DNA of 63,587 bases, counting the filler, from Octopus bimaculoides (taxonomy: Eukaryota): the NCBI RefSeq assembly GCF_001194135.2. It is 7 parts of 7 records of this genome, joined end to end, with 100 filler letters (N's around TTAATTAATTAA, not from the genome) between each part and the next. Parts side by side here need not be neighbours in the genome. Positions count along the whole stretch, not along the records: positions 8,133 to 26,841 come from NC_068988.1; positions 26,942 to 35,461 come from NC_069001.1; 5 more parts are not named here. The stretch is one strand, 5' to 3'. Below the pieces are notes generated by a model that did no database searches, was not told the DNA's origin, and saw only the letters and a list, made by a program, of their open reading frames with translations. Positions 14,278 to 27,826 of this stretch are shown here, piece by piece (the first letter of the stretch is position 1; each line of letters starts with the position of its first letter). Position numbers and translations under genes: made by a program.

Positions 14278-17200
14278 ATATATATATCCTTCCTGAGAGT
14301 CGTTTTAACGTTATGACGTTACATGTGTCCTCTGAAGGCTAATATTCGTAAACATTAATAGGACAGATTGTATTTAAAGTAATGGAACTTAATTCTCGGC
14401 GGCAAACGGTGCAACGTCACCGTTCCTGCATAGGTTCCATGTAGGTTATTCCTAATTTGCTGAGCTTATGATTAATCATCATGTTTCAGGATATTCGTTA
14501 ACATTTAATTTTTTGAATATGAGAAATTTGAAATGGTCATGAAGTATTATATTACGGCCTAAGTAGCTCGATGTAGCAAATCTGCGTTGTTCATCAATAT
14601 ATAATGGAACCTATATTTCAACTAAATTATTGATATCATGTATTCAATATTTTTTAGTTGCCAATTAACTGAAGCATAAACATAATAAATAAAATAGATC
14701 GAAAGATATAACAGTTATTTCTCAAATATAAATACATAAATTTAATTATCAATGCAGCTTCTTTCTAATTGATTTTCGTTTATAAAGAAAAATAAAATGA
14801 TCGCAATTAATGTTTTCTCGAATTACGTTTTTTTTATAGCATTTCGTGTAAACGTTTTAGTAAATCTTGTATTAAGAAAAAAATAAAGAGTAACGAAATG
14901 CGGTTGTCTCTAGCGATTCAGTGAATAGATTCACCCTCAATAGCATCAATATTCGAAGTGAATGTGATATGCATTATTTTGTCTTATGTCTACACTTGCA
15001 CCTCTTTATGTGCTTTTGGTTAGAAGTTCGTTAAAGGGTACGTTGCTAAAAGAATTTTATTTGTCAAAGCACTTGGATTTATTTGATTATTAAGAGGCCA
15101 AGTAAATACATCGACCTTCATAATTACGTTTGCTGATACTACAGAAGATTTTGAACTATTAGTAAACGGCTAATATTGTTTACGTCTTTTCAGTAAAAGC
15201 TGAGTTAGAATAAATGGCGAGAAAAGGAACGCTGTACTCTTTATATCTTTCTAATGTAGAGGAGAATTAATTGGAAAGAAATGAATGCAAAAAAGAGTTG
15301 ACAACAAACTACATTCTGAATCTGGTTGTATGATCTATACTATAAAATTGATGGATGCAACAAACGAAACCTGCGTATAGTAGCGCAGTGAAGAATAGTG
15401 ATTCCTCAAAGAATGATATTTATTCAATTCAATTCAAATCGCGCCTCAATTTTTCTTCTGCGTCATCACTTTTAATACCTCATGTGCGCATGGTTGGGTG
15501 ACATGTTGTGAGCGTGTGTGTATGAGTTTTGTACAAGTAACGTAGGATGCAGCACACATAATTGATGTGACAGCAATGATTTCCGACCCGTGGGTCAGTT
15601 CACGTATTGATGCAGCCACAGGTTTGTGAAGGGTTTGATGTTCTATTGTAGCACGATATTTTCCCTAGTAATACAGCACCAAATAAAGACAACTGAATGG
15701 GGCGGGGAGAAATCGAACAGAGAATGAACAAAAGAAGGAACATATAAAATAACATGCTAGAAATATCATACCGATCTACAAAAAAATATTTTTTCAATAT
15801 AATGAAATCAATAAGAAATCATAACTATAAATGAAAGTAGATTTGTGAATGACAATTACATCAGAAAAAATCGAATCGCACTCTTTGTGGACAGTTTATT
15901 AAACCGCCAATGTCCTTTAATACTTATCACTTTTACAGCTTATTAATTTTATAATCGCTTATTGTGAAGAAAAACTTATATTAACTATTAAAGAAAAAGA
16001 GAGGGTGCACCGAAATTTTCTATTTGAACTCTATAATTGGTGTCGTATATTATGTTTTCTAAAATGATATTTCATTTTACATTTCTCCCTCGTTTAGTAA
16101 TTATTTACGGTTTACTAATTTCCTTCTTTCAAACAGAACAATGAAGCTTTAGAATAACAATAAGAAATGCTAACCTTTTTTTATGTTTTCTCTTGGAAAA
16201 CAAAATGCAAATATAAATGAGTAGTTTTGGTGATAATTAAATTCTTTTATTTCATATTTAAAAGAAAACATTTTGGCTTTATTCATCTGATTTAAAGAAA
16301 AGATATATGAGTTCAGTTATGTACTAAAATAATACTAACAATTAATACTTTTTCCAATAAAATGAAAGGTTTTCTTTTTTTGTTTAGTTTTGCAGTCACA
16401 TATATTGATTCGAGAAAAGTTGACTTCCACGTATCTTGAAAATTTTCTTCAACTGCAATAACTGGTCCATTTTTATTTTACTTTACTTAAAACACAACCC
16501 TAATATACCTATGTTTGGGCAGTAAAAATTAAATCATTGAATTATGTTAAGATTTTGCTTAGATACCTTTTAACAGCATTGTCCCTTATTTATAAGAAAG
16601 GCAATTAAATTTCAAGTGGAGTATACTATATGAATGCAAGTATCCATAATTTATAACGGATCATTTGTACTTCCTATTTCGCACAGAAAATAGGTGTATA
16701 CCATTAAATATATTGATAAAATATTAGAATATCTTGGAAGGACACAACCTATAAACTTCGCAATTCCTTCTAAAGAGTACCTCTTCTAGAATCGCTATTT
16801 GTGGAAGATAGTAAATCTTCACAACACAATCGACTCTGTAGAAGCTTTGTTCAAATATCTATTACTTCAGACTTTAGGTATTATTCCTAAGCCCATGTTC
16901 TCAGACTGAGTTTCTTGCTGCCGCTAGCTCATATAAAATTGCTTGCCTTTCGATACTCAATATCGAAAAAAATTAACATAGCTGAATCCTTTGGGCTTAA
17001 ATAATGAACGAGAATGTTTAACAATCAATCGTTATTTGCTGGTTATAGATTGCTTTTTGTTTATGTTTATCCTGGTTTTTCATTCCTCGTTATTATTTTA
17101 ATTTGTTTCCGATCAATTTTATCTATGGAGTTCTGACAGTTTCCCTTCACTGAAATTGAAGTCATCAATAACAGTATAATTTCTGTGGTTGCACAGAATG

Positions 17201-17712
17201 ATATATTCATGTAATGTGTGATATATTTTGAAACTCAGGTATTGGTATATGGGTTTCATTTCATAAAATATATTCATGTTATGATATTGGCATTGCTTTT
17301 CGTTACCAGTATATCAAGATGTTATGATATCACGACAAACGATATCAATTTCTTAACTAGCTCTTCTATTTCGCATACTTACGACGCAACTCAAGTTACA
17401 AAAAAATGAAAGAGCAAAGAAAACAGTGTTACTGAGATAATGAATACGAAATATTCATTAAAAATATTCATTACAAATAATGAACGCGTGTGTCGTATGA
17501 AAAACACACCGATATGATCGCTCCAGATAGACTTGGGAATTTCATGTATATATATAAAAAAAATCAAGAACAAACGAGTGCACTGGAAATGATATCACCT
17601 GTATAAATACATAAATGTATAGATAAAGACACGCAAGCACACACACACGCACGCACACATGCACACGTGCACGTATATATACACAAATTAATATATATAT
17701 ATATATATATAT

Positions 17713-18118
17713 AAGCACAGCAGTGGCTGTGAGATAAGTATCTTCCTCACCAACTGTATAGTTTCCACTTGGTGGCACCTTCAGCAGGTGACTTCTACTA
17801 TAGCCTCGTAGGACTAAATCCATATGAGTGGATTTAGCAGATAGAAACTTTAAGAAGCCCGTCGAGTGTGTATATATATATATATATATGTGTGAGTGTA
17901 TGTATGTATTTGTGTGTATATATTTATCCCCCAACATAGTTTGACAACCGATGTTGGTGTGTTTAAGTGTCCGTAACCTAACAGTTCGGCAAAACTGACG
18001 GATAAAATAAGCACTAGGCTTACAAAGAATAATCCCTGGGGTCGATTCTCTTGACAAAAGGCGGCGCTTCCGCATTGCCGCTGTCAATTGACTGAAACAT
18101 GTTAAAGAGTAAAAGAAT
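17713..18118 (+). mobile_element. SINE family A, diverged full-length copy
   Basis: Head, internal microsatellite, body and tail all align to 58256-58664. Confidence 0.8.
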
Positions 18119-20394
18119 ATATANNNNNNNNNNNNNNNNNNNNNNNNNNNNNNNNNNNNNNNNNNNNNNNNNNNNNNNNNNNNNNNNNNNNNNNNNNNNN
18201 NNNNNNNNNNNNNNNNNNNNNNNNNNNNNNNNNNNNNNNNNNNNNNNNNNNNNNNNNNNNNNNNNNNNNNNNNNNNNNNNNNNNNNNNNNNNNNNNNNNN
18301 NNATATATATATTCTTAACCTTCTCTTAACCAGCCCAGTATATATTTTAATTTCTACTACCCAGCCACGAGTATATGTGAATAACTAATAACACAACATG
18401 TAACTGAACCACTCTAAGATAAAATGCATTACAAAACCTATACTTGAAAGTAAACTTCTTAAGTATCTATCTTTTACAATACACAAAGAAGCCTATCAAA
18501 ACAATGACATAAACCTTGACGGAATCACATCAAATTCGGACTTCGGTCAGCAACTGGTGTGAAACCGAAATCAACAACACCCGTTTACAAACAGATCAGA
18601 TTTCAGGTTGAAATAACTTCCGATCAGTTCCCACTGAACGCTAATCAATAAACAACTAACTGATTTCAATTCGATTCTAGCCAAGCTGGTTGAGAGAGCC
18701 TGACCGAAGCTGTACAGAAAATTATGCCCAGTTGCATATGCAAGTGTCCATATTCTATGCAATGGAAACACGTGCAGGTCATCGTAACAATAAAAAAAAT
18801 ATGCAATATAGCGTTTTAAAATAAAAAAGGAAATAAACATTGAGGACGTAACAGTGTACATGTTCTCTATCGTTATAATTATTGCTTAAAGATATATCAT
18901 ATGTAGTTAAGGTAAATAATCTTATAAAATAAAAAAAAACATTAAAAATAAGAATTATGGAAGTATTATTTGCTGAATTGTTAAATAACAAAACAGGAAA
19001 ATGGGAAATATTTTTGTATACTTTATACATTTGAATACACACATACACAAGCAAACATATAAAGGAACGTGAAAAACAATTTCTTATATTCAAGGATTAT
19101 TTTATATCATATTCCAGTACAGAATATTGAAAAAAACTTATCTAACCAGACGGCACAAACGAATCGTTTTCGTTGACTATTTTCACTTACGCGCAAGGTG
19201 AGTAATCCTAATATTTTATAGCAATGAAAATAACTCTGTTTCCGTATGGTTTGAAACACACACTTTTGCATGTAACTCGTATGTTATATGTTTAATATAT
19301 TTTATCATTATTGCTATAAATATTTAGATATCATTGTTGTCGTAAGTATCGTATCTGATGCTTTACATCAAAAAATATCCTCGCCAATATTTTATAAAAC
19401 CCAAGAAAATTTTCCATCTTCAGCAACATAAGCATCACTTTCTTTATTTCAGTTTTATTCTTTTAACTTTATTTGATTTTTGTTCGTCTTGTTATTGCAT
19501 CTGCCTTCCAACGTGTTTCTTTATTTCGTTTTATTATTTTCGCTATCTCTCCTATTCCAATTGATGTTTGTTGACAACATTTTCACATTGTGAAAATGTG
19601 TATATCTTGTCATATTATGAAAATGAAAATAAGTTTGTCTACTCTCTACGTATTTCACTAAATCACGACGAAACAATTATATCACGGTCTCTTACAAATA
19701 TATATTTAACTATTTTCTCTATATTATATATCGCTTTATCTCCCAAACACGCTCTCTTTCATTGTCCTTTTTTCTGTTAGAAGGTAACTGAGTCCGTCAA
19801 TAAACAGCACTTTTTTGTTTTTCATTCTATCCAACGCAATGTATTTTCCCAATCTATCTGTCTGTGTGTCAGTATTTCCACCTCCCTTCTGTACCTCAGC
19901 CTGTATATCTCTCAGTGATTCTGTCTTCTATCTTGTCATTTCTACTTAGAGTTGCTTTTTTGTCTGTCAGCCTCTTGATAGATCTGTGTATTGTTGCAAA
20001 ACTTTTTATTTTACGTTTCTCTTTGAATACTCTGCTGTTTATCTACAAGTCTGAACTGATTGTCATTTCTTGATGTCTTCATTCCTCTCTGTAACTCTAT
20101 CGTAGTGTCTATATTTCACTTTCAAATATACCTTGACGACTATATATTTATGTGTCAATATTGCCTGAATGTCAGTTTTTTTTGTCTATCCATATGATAC
20201 TATATACTGCATTGCTTCCATTATGTTTTCTATCTCGTTTTTAATTTACATTTTATTTGTCTTTGAGCCCATACACATATATATCGGTTTGTACTTAAAT
20301 CTGTCTGATATTCCGGGTCTATGATTTGTCTGCGCTTTGCTTTTCCCATTCAGCGTGAGAATTTTTTTGTGAGTTCCTATAAAAGTGCCTCGAT

Positions 20395-21082
20395 GGCTAT
20401 ACTCTAAGAACTTTCTTATTCAACCACATGGTTTTGTGTTCGGTACCACTGTGTGGCATACTGGCCGATCGAGTAATACTATAGCGTCAAGCCGACCCCA
20501 TAATTATAAATAGATTTGGTCGATGGAAACTGCATGGAGCCCGTCCTGTGTAAGTATGCATATATATATATATATATATANNNNNNNNNNNNNNNNNNNN
20601 NNNNNNNNNNNNNNNNNNNNNNNNNNNNNNNNNNNNNNNNNNNNNNNNNNNNNNNNNNNNNNNNNNNNNNNNNNNNNNNNNNNNNNNNNNNNNNNNNNNN
20701 NNNNNNNNNNNNNNNNNNNNNNNNNNNNNNNNNNNNNNNNNNNNNNNNNNNNNNNNNNNNNNNNNNNNNNNNNNNNNNNNNNNNNNNNNNNNNNNNNNNN
20801 NNNNNNNNNNNNNNNNNNNNNNNNNNNNNNNNNNNNNNNNNNNNNNNNNNNNNNNNNNNTATATATATTTATATATATGGAGGAGTTGCGTCTGTGTTTG
20901 TCCCCCAACCATCGCTTGACTACCGACGCTGGTGTGTTTATGTCCCCGTTACTTACCGCCTCGGCGAAAAAGACGTAGAATAAGTACTAGGCTTACAAAG
21001 AAGAAGTCCTGGAATCAATTTCCTCGACTAATATCCTTTCACACGGTGCTCCAGCATTGCAGCAGTCAGATGACTGAAACAA
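20395..21082 (+). mobile_element. SINE family A spanning an N-gap in its internal microsatellite
   Basis: Head at 20395-20560, gap at 20581-20859, body and tail at 20890-21082. Confidence 0.7.
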
Positions 21083-21084
21083 GT

Positions 21085-21345
21085 GTCCTGACTACAGCAT
21101 TATGTATCATTGGTAGAGAATACCATGATGACATTTTGGGACAAGTGCTTATGCTGTGGGTAATATCTTAAGTGTAAACTCCACAAAGTCTGCAACGCTT
21201 GTCACATTTTACTGGTTTTCCTGCATGTCTATCCCTTTTGTGAGTCAGGTCCTTGGTGGATATTTTCTGTTCCTGGATTGCAAATGCATACTCTTCACAG
21301 TGGGAGGTAGTAATCCGACTGCTGGTCCATTATAAACTGCTTTGA
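21085..21345 (-). mobile_element. Internal fragment of R4/Dong-type LINE, family 3 (zinc knuckle region)
   Basis: Manual translation gives TSHCEEYAFAIQEQKISTKDL..KRCRLCG..DIT..STCPKMSSWYSLPMIHNAV, similar to 51236-51433. Confidence 0.7.
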
Positions 21346-21359
21346 TGATCGATGTTATT

Positions 21360-21556
21360 ATCTTCACGGAATTTTCTACTTACATATTCATGCATACTGG
21401 AAGCGAGAAGGCAGATGCTCGAACCTACTGGAAATTTCGGAAGACCTATTCAAATAAGGAGAGCGGTTCACAATGAAAACCAACTTCACGTTTGCTTCCG
21501 AGAATTTAATTTATGTTATAACTTGCTCAGGTTGTGGTCATAACTGTATAGGACAG
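21360..21556 (+). mobile_element. Penelope-like element GIY-YIG endonuclease fragment
   Basis: Manual reading gives NFTFASENLIYVITCSGCGHNCIGQ, matching the PLE motif FxC.S.NLIY.I.C..C...YIG.T. Confidence 0.65.
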
Positions 21557-22444
21557 AAAAAATGTCAATGTCATGATTAGCATAAGCGAAACCGGTCGAC
21601 AAACATAATACAAAATATATAAAAAATATATTAAATCTATGTAAAGTGTGCGGCTTTTCCTTCTTTTATTATGTGTATGTGTTGCTTTTCAAGATTCAAG
21701 AAACGTCACCCCATTTTACCTAAACAGCCACTCCGAAGTTTATCTGGAATATGTGTTTCTCTCTGTTATCTCACTTCCTTGTTTTACATAAATATTTTCA
21801 GTGTTAATTGTGGCTTGAAATTTTGCACCAGGTGTAGCTCATTTGAAGGAGAGAGACAGTCAATTATATCGAAACCATATTTGTTTTATTGACTCTGAAA
21901 TTCCATCAAGTCGATCTCGGTGGAATTGAACGCAGAAGGTAATGGCGGACGAAATAGGATTAAGTATCATTTTGTTGGGCGTGATAATGATTGTACCAGC
22001 TCATCGGAGTTAATGCTTCTACTGAGCAATTTCAAACCGATCAGGTTACGTATATCTCTTTTTGTATCGCAGAAAATTTGTATGCTCCTCAGCTTCTCGT
22101 GGCAGGGAATAAAACAAACAGAATTGTTGATGATATTATCGGATACCGTTTAGAAAAGAATGAAAATTGTTTCATACAATATTGTTCTTGCACTGAAACC
22201 GTTTAAATAAATCAATTAGACTACACAAAATATTGTGTGGTAAATTTTTATCAAATAATTCTATAAATATGTTAAGTGGTTAAAGTATGAGACACCATCG
22301 TACTATAAACATATAATAAAGATATTTCAGGGTTTTATTTGAACAGTTAAAATTATGAGGTAATAAAAACAGAACGATAATATCTTTCTGCAAACAAACG
22401 TCCACAAATAGATACTTATGTAGGTATAGAAATATTGTATACTA

Positions 22445-22985
22445 CGAGGGTGGACTGAAAAGGTCATGAGCTGACTATGAAGGTGTGATACCAGAGCTGT
22501 AAAATCTTATGTGCATTCATTTCACACCATACTGTCATTAACTGCATTGTTTCTGTCAAGGTAAACTAAACTCTGACTGTTGAAAGACGGTTTCAAATGG
22601 AACTAATAAGGACCTCTCTTGAAAATGGACAGTATGTGGAATCGTGCTGTTATCAAGTACCCACAGGAAAAGTGTTTAGTCCCTAAAGCTATTCGTGCTG
22701 GCAAGAATTCTATATAAGAGGACGGTGCTCCAGGTGTATCAACAATGCAAAAGTGGGCAGCGGAATTTATGATGGGAAGAGAGGATCTCGAAGATAACCG
22801 AATTCTTGGACGTCATGAAGTGGCACCACTGAAGAAAACATTTCCGTGTTCCACATATAGGGATGACAAGCGATTTATTATAAATGAAATAGCCAATGCT
22901 ATTAGCTTATCCTGTGAGAGAGTTGAAAATATTCAGCATAATTCGACACATGGCGAAAGTTTCTGCTCGGCGGATATCTCGTCTT
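22445..22985 (+). mobile_element. Decayed mariner transposon (left TIR plus HTH region)
   Basis: Starts TA|CGAGGGTGGACTGAAAAG, a mariner-type TIR. Remnants RAVIKY and MQKWAAEF..GREDLED..GR..DDKRFIINEIANAISLSCERV match a mariner HTH. Confidence 0.75.
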
Positions 22986-23166
22986 GTGGCCTTGTGAACC
23001 AGGCTGTGAACCAGACTGTTCTAATGGTGCTTTCACATCCAGTCAGTCCTCTTTCTCTCTTTTACTTGCTACATACAGTCTGTTTGTGTCATTTTTGAGG
23101 TGGAGTATCCCTTATCTATTCAGCAAGATCCTTGTCATTTTACCTCAGCTGTTTATTTCTACTGTC

Positions 23167-23230
<64 letters not shown>

Positions 23231-23622
23231 GTTCAGTAGTTTTATTTTTATAACGTGCTTTCACTTCACTACCGAGCGCAGCTCTGTGCGCCTTGGGTAT
23301 GTGCTGTGGTTTGCTGTGGTGCTCTTATGTTTACTGTATTGAAAGTGTTTTGCGTAGAATGTGTGCAGTACCCAGTAGTGCAATTTTCTGTATGTTATAT
23401 ATATTTGTAAGTCCTGGTATTTTTGTTATGTATTTGTCTGAATATTTTTTATTATACCTAAGGCACCTACTATGATAGGAATTGTTTCTGTTTTTAGATT
23501 CCACATTCGAGTTATCTCTATTTCCAGGTCTTTGTATTTTGAAAGTTTTTCCATTTCTTTTAGAGAAACGTTGTCATCTGCTGGTATTGATACATCAATT
23601 AGAAAGCATTTTTTTCTTCATG

Positions 23623-23623
<1 letters not shown>
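23231..23623 (-). mobile_element. Young 5'-truncated Dong-type LINE 3' end, family 1, inserted in (TAA)n
   Basis: Minus strand reads [80 protein letters not shown], an RLE C-terminus. (TAT)n on both sides. Confidence 0.85.
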
Positions 23624-23692
<69 letters not shown>

Positions 23693-24662
23693 GGGAGGGC
23701 CATTAATAAGTTTTGATCGTCCACATCATAGACGTGTTCATAATCGTCGTCGAGGTTATAATCTTCATCAAATTCACGGCATTGCATTGAGCATGTATCA
23801 TTTAAGACCGAGATAATAAACGTCAAACCACTAGCGATAATGTTTATTTTGTAATGCATGGTTCTTATCATGAAAAGTGCTTATTTATTGTTTGTTTTTT
23901 TAATGCTGTTTTTATCGTTGCTAGCACTGAGAGGCCTACCTTTGATCAGAAACGCATGAAGCAGTGGCAGAAGAAAGGGTAAATGCACTCACAAATGCTC
24001 CGGCATCATATCGTTTCCAATATCTCTAGATGCTCTAATATGCAAACATATATACAAACACTCATGCATACATGAGACTGTGTTTGTAAATGTGCGTGCA
24101 TAGACATGCACAAACATATATATATATATATATATTCACATACGCAGATACATACCCATATGGATATTTATATATATACACTCACATACATATAAATACA
24201 CACAGGCACGCACACGTATATGTGTGTGTATTCAAACGCGTAGGTGTAAAGCAATTGTTTGAAAGAATATATTTTCCATACACGGAAAATCTAAGAATCT
24301 CTTTTCACACCGTTTTAGGTTTAGTTAAACGCTCATAGGTAAAACCTGCCATATATCCTTCCCCAAAAGATATCATATTATTATTTATAGTATAAAACAG
24401 CTGAAACTCTATATGCCCAGTATAAATACTTCTATCTGTAGCTTATCTAGGTGTCAATATAGATTTCTGCTATGTTTCTATCATTTATAATTGATAACTC
24501 TCAGTGATTGATATGTGCCAATGCGTCATGCTATATCGGTTTTTATCTAATTTTATGTGGCATATTTATGGTGGTGATGCGATAATAGGTTTTATCTCAC
24601 GTAGTTTATATGACATGAATCGTAAATATAAAGCCAGTTATAAATCTTTAGGTGATACAGAC

Positions 24663-25025
24663 GTCTTCAAAATTTAGGTAGCAAATTTTATTTATAATCA
24701 CTACCAGGGAAAACACGGCACAATGATGTATGTAGTTCTACGTAAATATAAACCTGACAAAGAAAAGCGGGTATAAAGTTTATGACTACTATTTTACTTG
24801 ATCTTAAGGTTTGATCATAAGCGACCTGAACTCAGTGCCGTCTGCAAAATTTAGCTGGCAAATTTTATTTAAACCAGTAACCTAAGATGGTAAATAAAAC
24901 ACGGCACAATGGCGAATGTAGTTGTACGTAAATGTAAACCTAGCAAAGAAAAATGGGTATATAGTTTATGACTAGTACGTCACGTGTTCATAGGGCTGTG
25001 CAATGAATGGGAAGTGACCTGAGCT
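24663..25025. repeat. Old tandem duplication, period about 177 bp
   Basis: gtct[t/g]caaaatttag..gcaaattttattt..aaaacacggcacaatg..tacgtaaat[a/g]taaacct..caaagaaaa..agtttatgacta at 24663 and 24840. Confidence 0.85.
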
Positions 25026-25817
25026 TAAATAAGAAATACACTTAGACCCATTTGCTTCGCTTTCATCCACTGTACTTATTTACATTAAATGTTGTTTCAA
25101 CTAGCTTTAGGAAAAAAGTACTTGTGTCGTTACTTCATTCATGTATTTATTTATACTCAGAGAAATTTAACGTGTTGACTCATTCAAATAACAATTCCAA
25201 TAATATTATGAATAGATGTGAGAAAATATAAATCATACAGTTTACAAGCACATTAAAAAACTTACGCTCCGGCTATATCAATACACCTCGATATTTGCTT
25301 TTATTGACCTGCTAACTTCCGATTCAGACACCAGCCATTCGTTTTTCCGATATGGCACTAGAGATCATATTTTACTTAAAACTATTCTCCGCGATGCACA
25401 TCAATACTTGATATAATGCAGATATTTTCTGACCGTAAACCGCAATTTCATAGATATTTCAAAGTGGGATAGATATGGACGATATACCATATCTGTTCTG
25501 AAACTTATATGATATACAGTCTTATTTCTATCTTACTACATTCTCCTGCTTTATTGGTATTGATTTTCTTAAGAGGTAAGATATTAATTACCTCTAGTTT
25601 AAAAACGTTGTGTTATTATCTTCAACTAAAAGTGCATTATACAATTCTGAATATTGCTTTTTAGGTGGATACGTGATATAAAACAAGGGGATGTTTATAA
25701 AACTAGTTCTCTGTTTTCATTACAGTTTAGTTTCTTTCATGTTATATTTTGTTATTTTGTTAATACATGTATATATATGTGTGTGTGTGTGTGCGTGTCT
25801 GTGGGTGTCTGCGTATT

Positions 25818-25865
<48 letters not shown>

Positions 25866-26798
25866 CGGAGATGTACTTACATAGTAAATGTCCTCATCTG
25901 AGTTCGTGTGCTGAAACGAAAACAGTTGGAGCGTGGAAGGTATTTATAAATCATTTAAAATCACACAAAAGCCGTTAGATACACTTCAACATTTAAATTT
26001 AATTTGACGAAATATGTTTGTCTCTTTCAGACCGCGACCTGATCACTTACAAAATTCCGGGCAGCACGGAATATATATGAATGTATATTTGGTATTTATA
26101 CACACACACACATGCATGTACATTTTCTTTACGCACCGTCTGATAATTTTGTCTCTATATTTGGCCTATTTTATTATATTCAATTTGCGTTCGTTAGGTA
26201 AATTAGGCAACAAAACTCAGCGATAAATCCAGCATTTACATTCCACATTAAAGATTCTGAGATCAACTCCATCCACCACGATCGTCTTCATCAACACCTT
26301 CACTACTCTCAACATCTAAAAACAACAACAACAAGCATTCCACAACATCACCGCAATGAATACCAATCTTACGAGAATATCTACCGACATCATTTTCATC
26401 ATTATCATTACCTTGATCATCATCAAAAACAACAACTACAACAACAACGACGACGACGACGACAATAACAGGAATATCGTTGGTACTATGGTACTATGAT
26501 CACCATCGACATTCCACACATCGCTTCCGAAGCCATGCATATTTGCCTAATATTATTTACATCATTATTAACGACAACACTCGTATAATTTGGAAACAAC
26601 GGCATTTTTCATAATAGATTCCTTGATAATATTCATTGCTGTACGTATGTATCTCCTCTGCAAAGCACTTGAATAGCATGTATATTTTTAACAGCGTTTA
26701 TAGTATAAATCACTCAAACAGAAAGAAGAAGAAAAAACAAACAAACTTATGAACCTCTTCAGTTACAATATACGTTCTTTAAGAATTATTTCAAAAGA

Positions 26799-26829
<31 letters not shown>

Positions 26830-26841
26830 CACAGACCCATA

Positions 26842-26941
26842 NNNNNNNNNNNNNNNNNNNNNNNNNNNNNNNNNNNNNNNNNNNNTTAATTAATTAANNN
26901 NNNNNNNNNNNNNNNNNNNNNNNNNNNNNNNNNNNNNNNNN
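26842..26941. other. Artificial scaffold linker
   Basis: N44-TTAATTAATTAA-N44. Confidence 0.97.
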
Positions 26942-27473
26942 AATGCAAAACGGTGCATCATCATCTACTGCCCAATCTGATAGAATTCTGGCAGAACTGT
27001 GTAGCAACAGATCGCCAGCAATTGCTTCATCACAAATTGCCGTCCTAGCTCCTGCGAAAAGGAATCACCCTGCTATGTATAATCAAGGCAGCGCAAAAAG
27101 TTGTTTTGCACAAGCATTTGTATAGCCAATTAGACGGATGAAATTTACGTACACTTAATAATGTTACACAAAACAGCCTTCAGACTTTCCCTATTAATTT
27201 CGTCTTTTGAATTATGAACATATTTACATCATAAGGGTTTTTTCATTGTAAGGCTTTCTTTTTTAGTTGATTTTCACCTAGCAAGACTTATCGTAGATGG
27301 CGTAATAAGTCACACTCGGACAACGTCGGGTTGTACTGCTAGTAATATATAAACATATGCATACATATATGTACATACCTTATAGGTATGGATATATGCA
27401 TATATTTATATATTATTCATATTATTATATGATCGAACGCCATGCATCCTTCTCCAAGTAAGTTTTTATCTAT

Positions 27474-27505
<32 letters not shown>

Positions 27506-27529
27506 ATATATATATATATATATATATTT

Positions 27530-27725
27530 TAATTGTTTCAGTCATTTGACTGCGGCCATGCTGGAGCAAGGCCTTTAGTCGACCAAATTGACCCCAGGAC
27601 TTAGTCTTTGTAAGCCTAGTACTTATTCTATCGGTCGCTTTTGCCAAACCGCTAACTTACGGGGACGTAAACACACCAGCATCAGTTGTCCAGCAATGTT
27701 ACGGAGACAAACACAGACACACACA
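27530..27725 (-). mobile_element. SINE family A, 3' half, in CC2D2A intron
   Basis: ttgtttcagtcatttgactgcggccatgctggagc...acacagacac. Confidence 0.8.
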
Positions 27726-27826
27726 TGATCATGGCTAAAAACACCTTCGATAGATCTGCAGGATCTGCTCTGATGTGGGACAAAACAACAACAACAACAA
27801 CATTTAGCAAAGGGTCATGAAAATAC

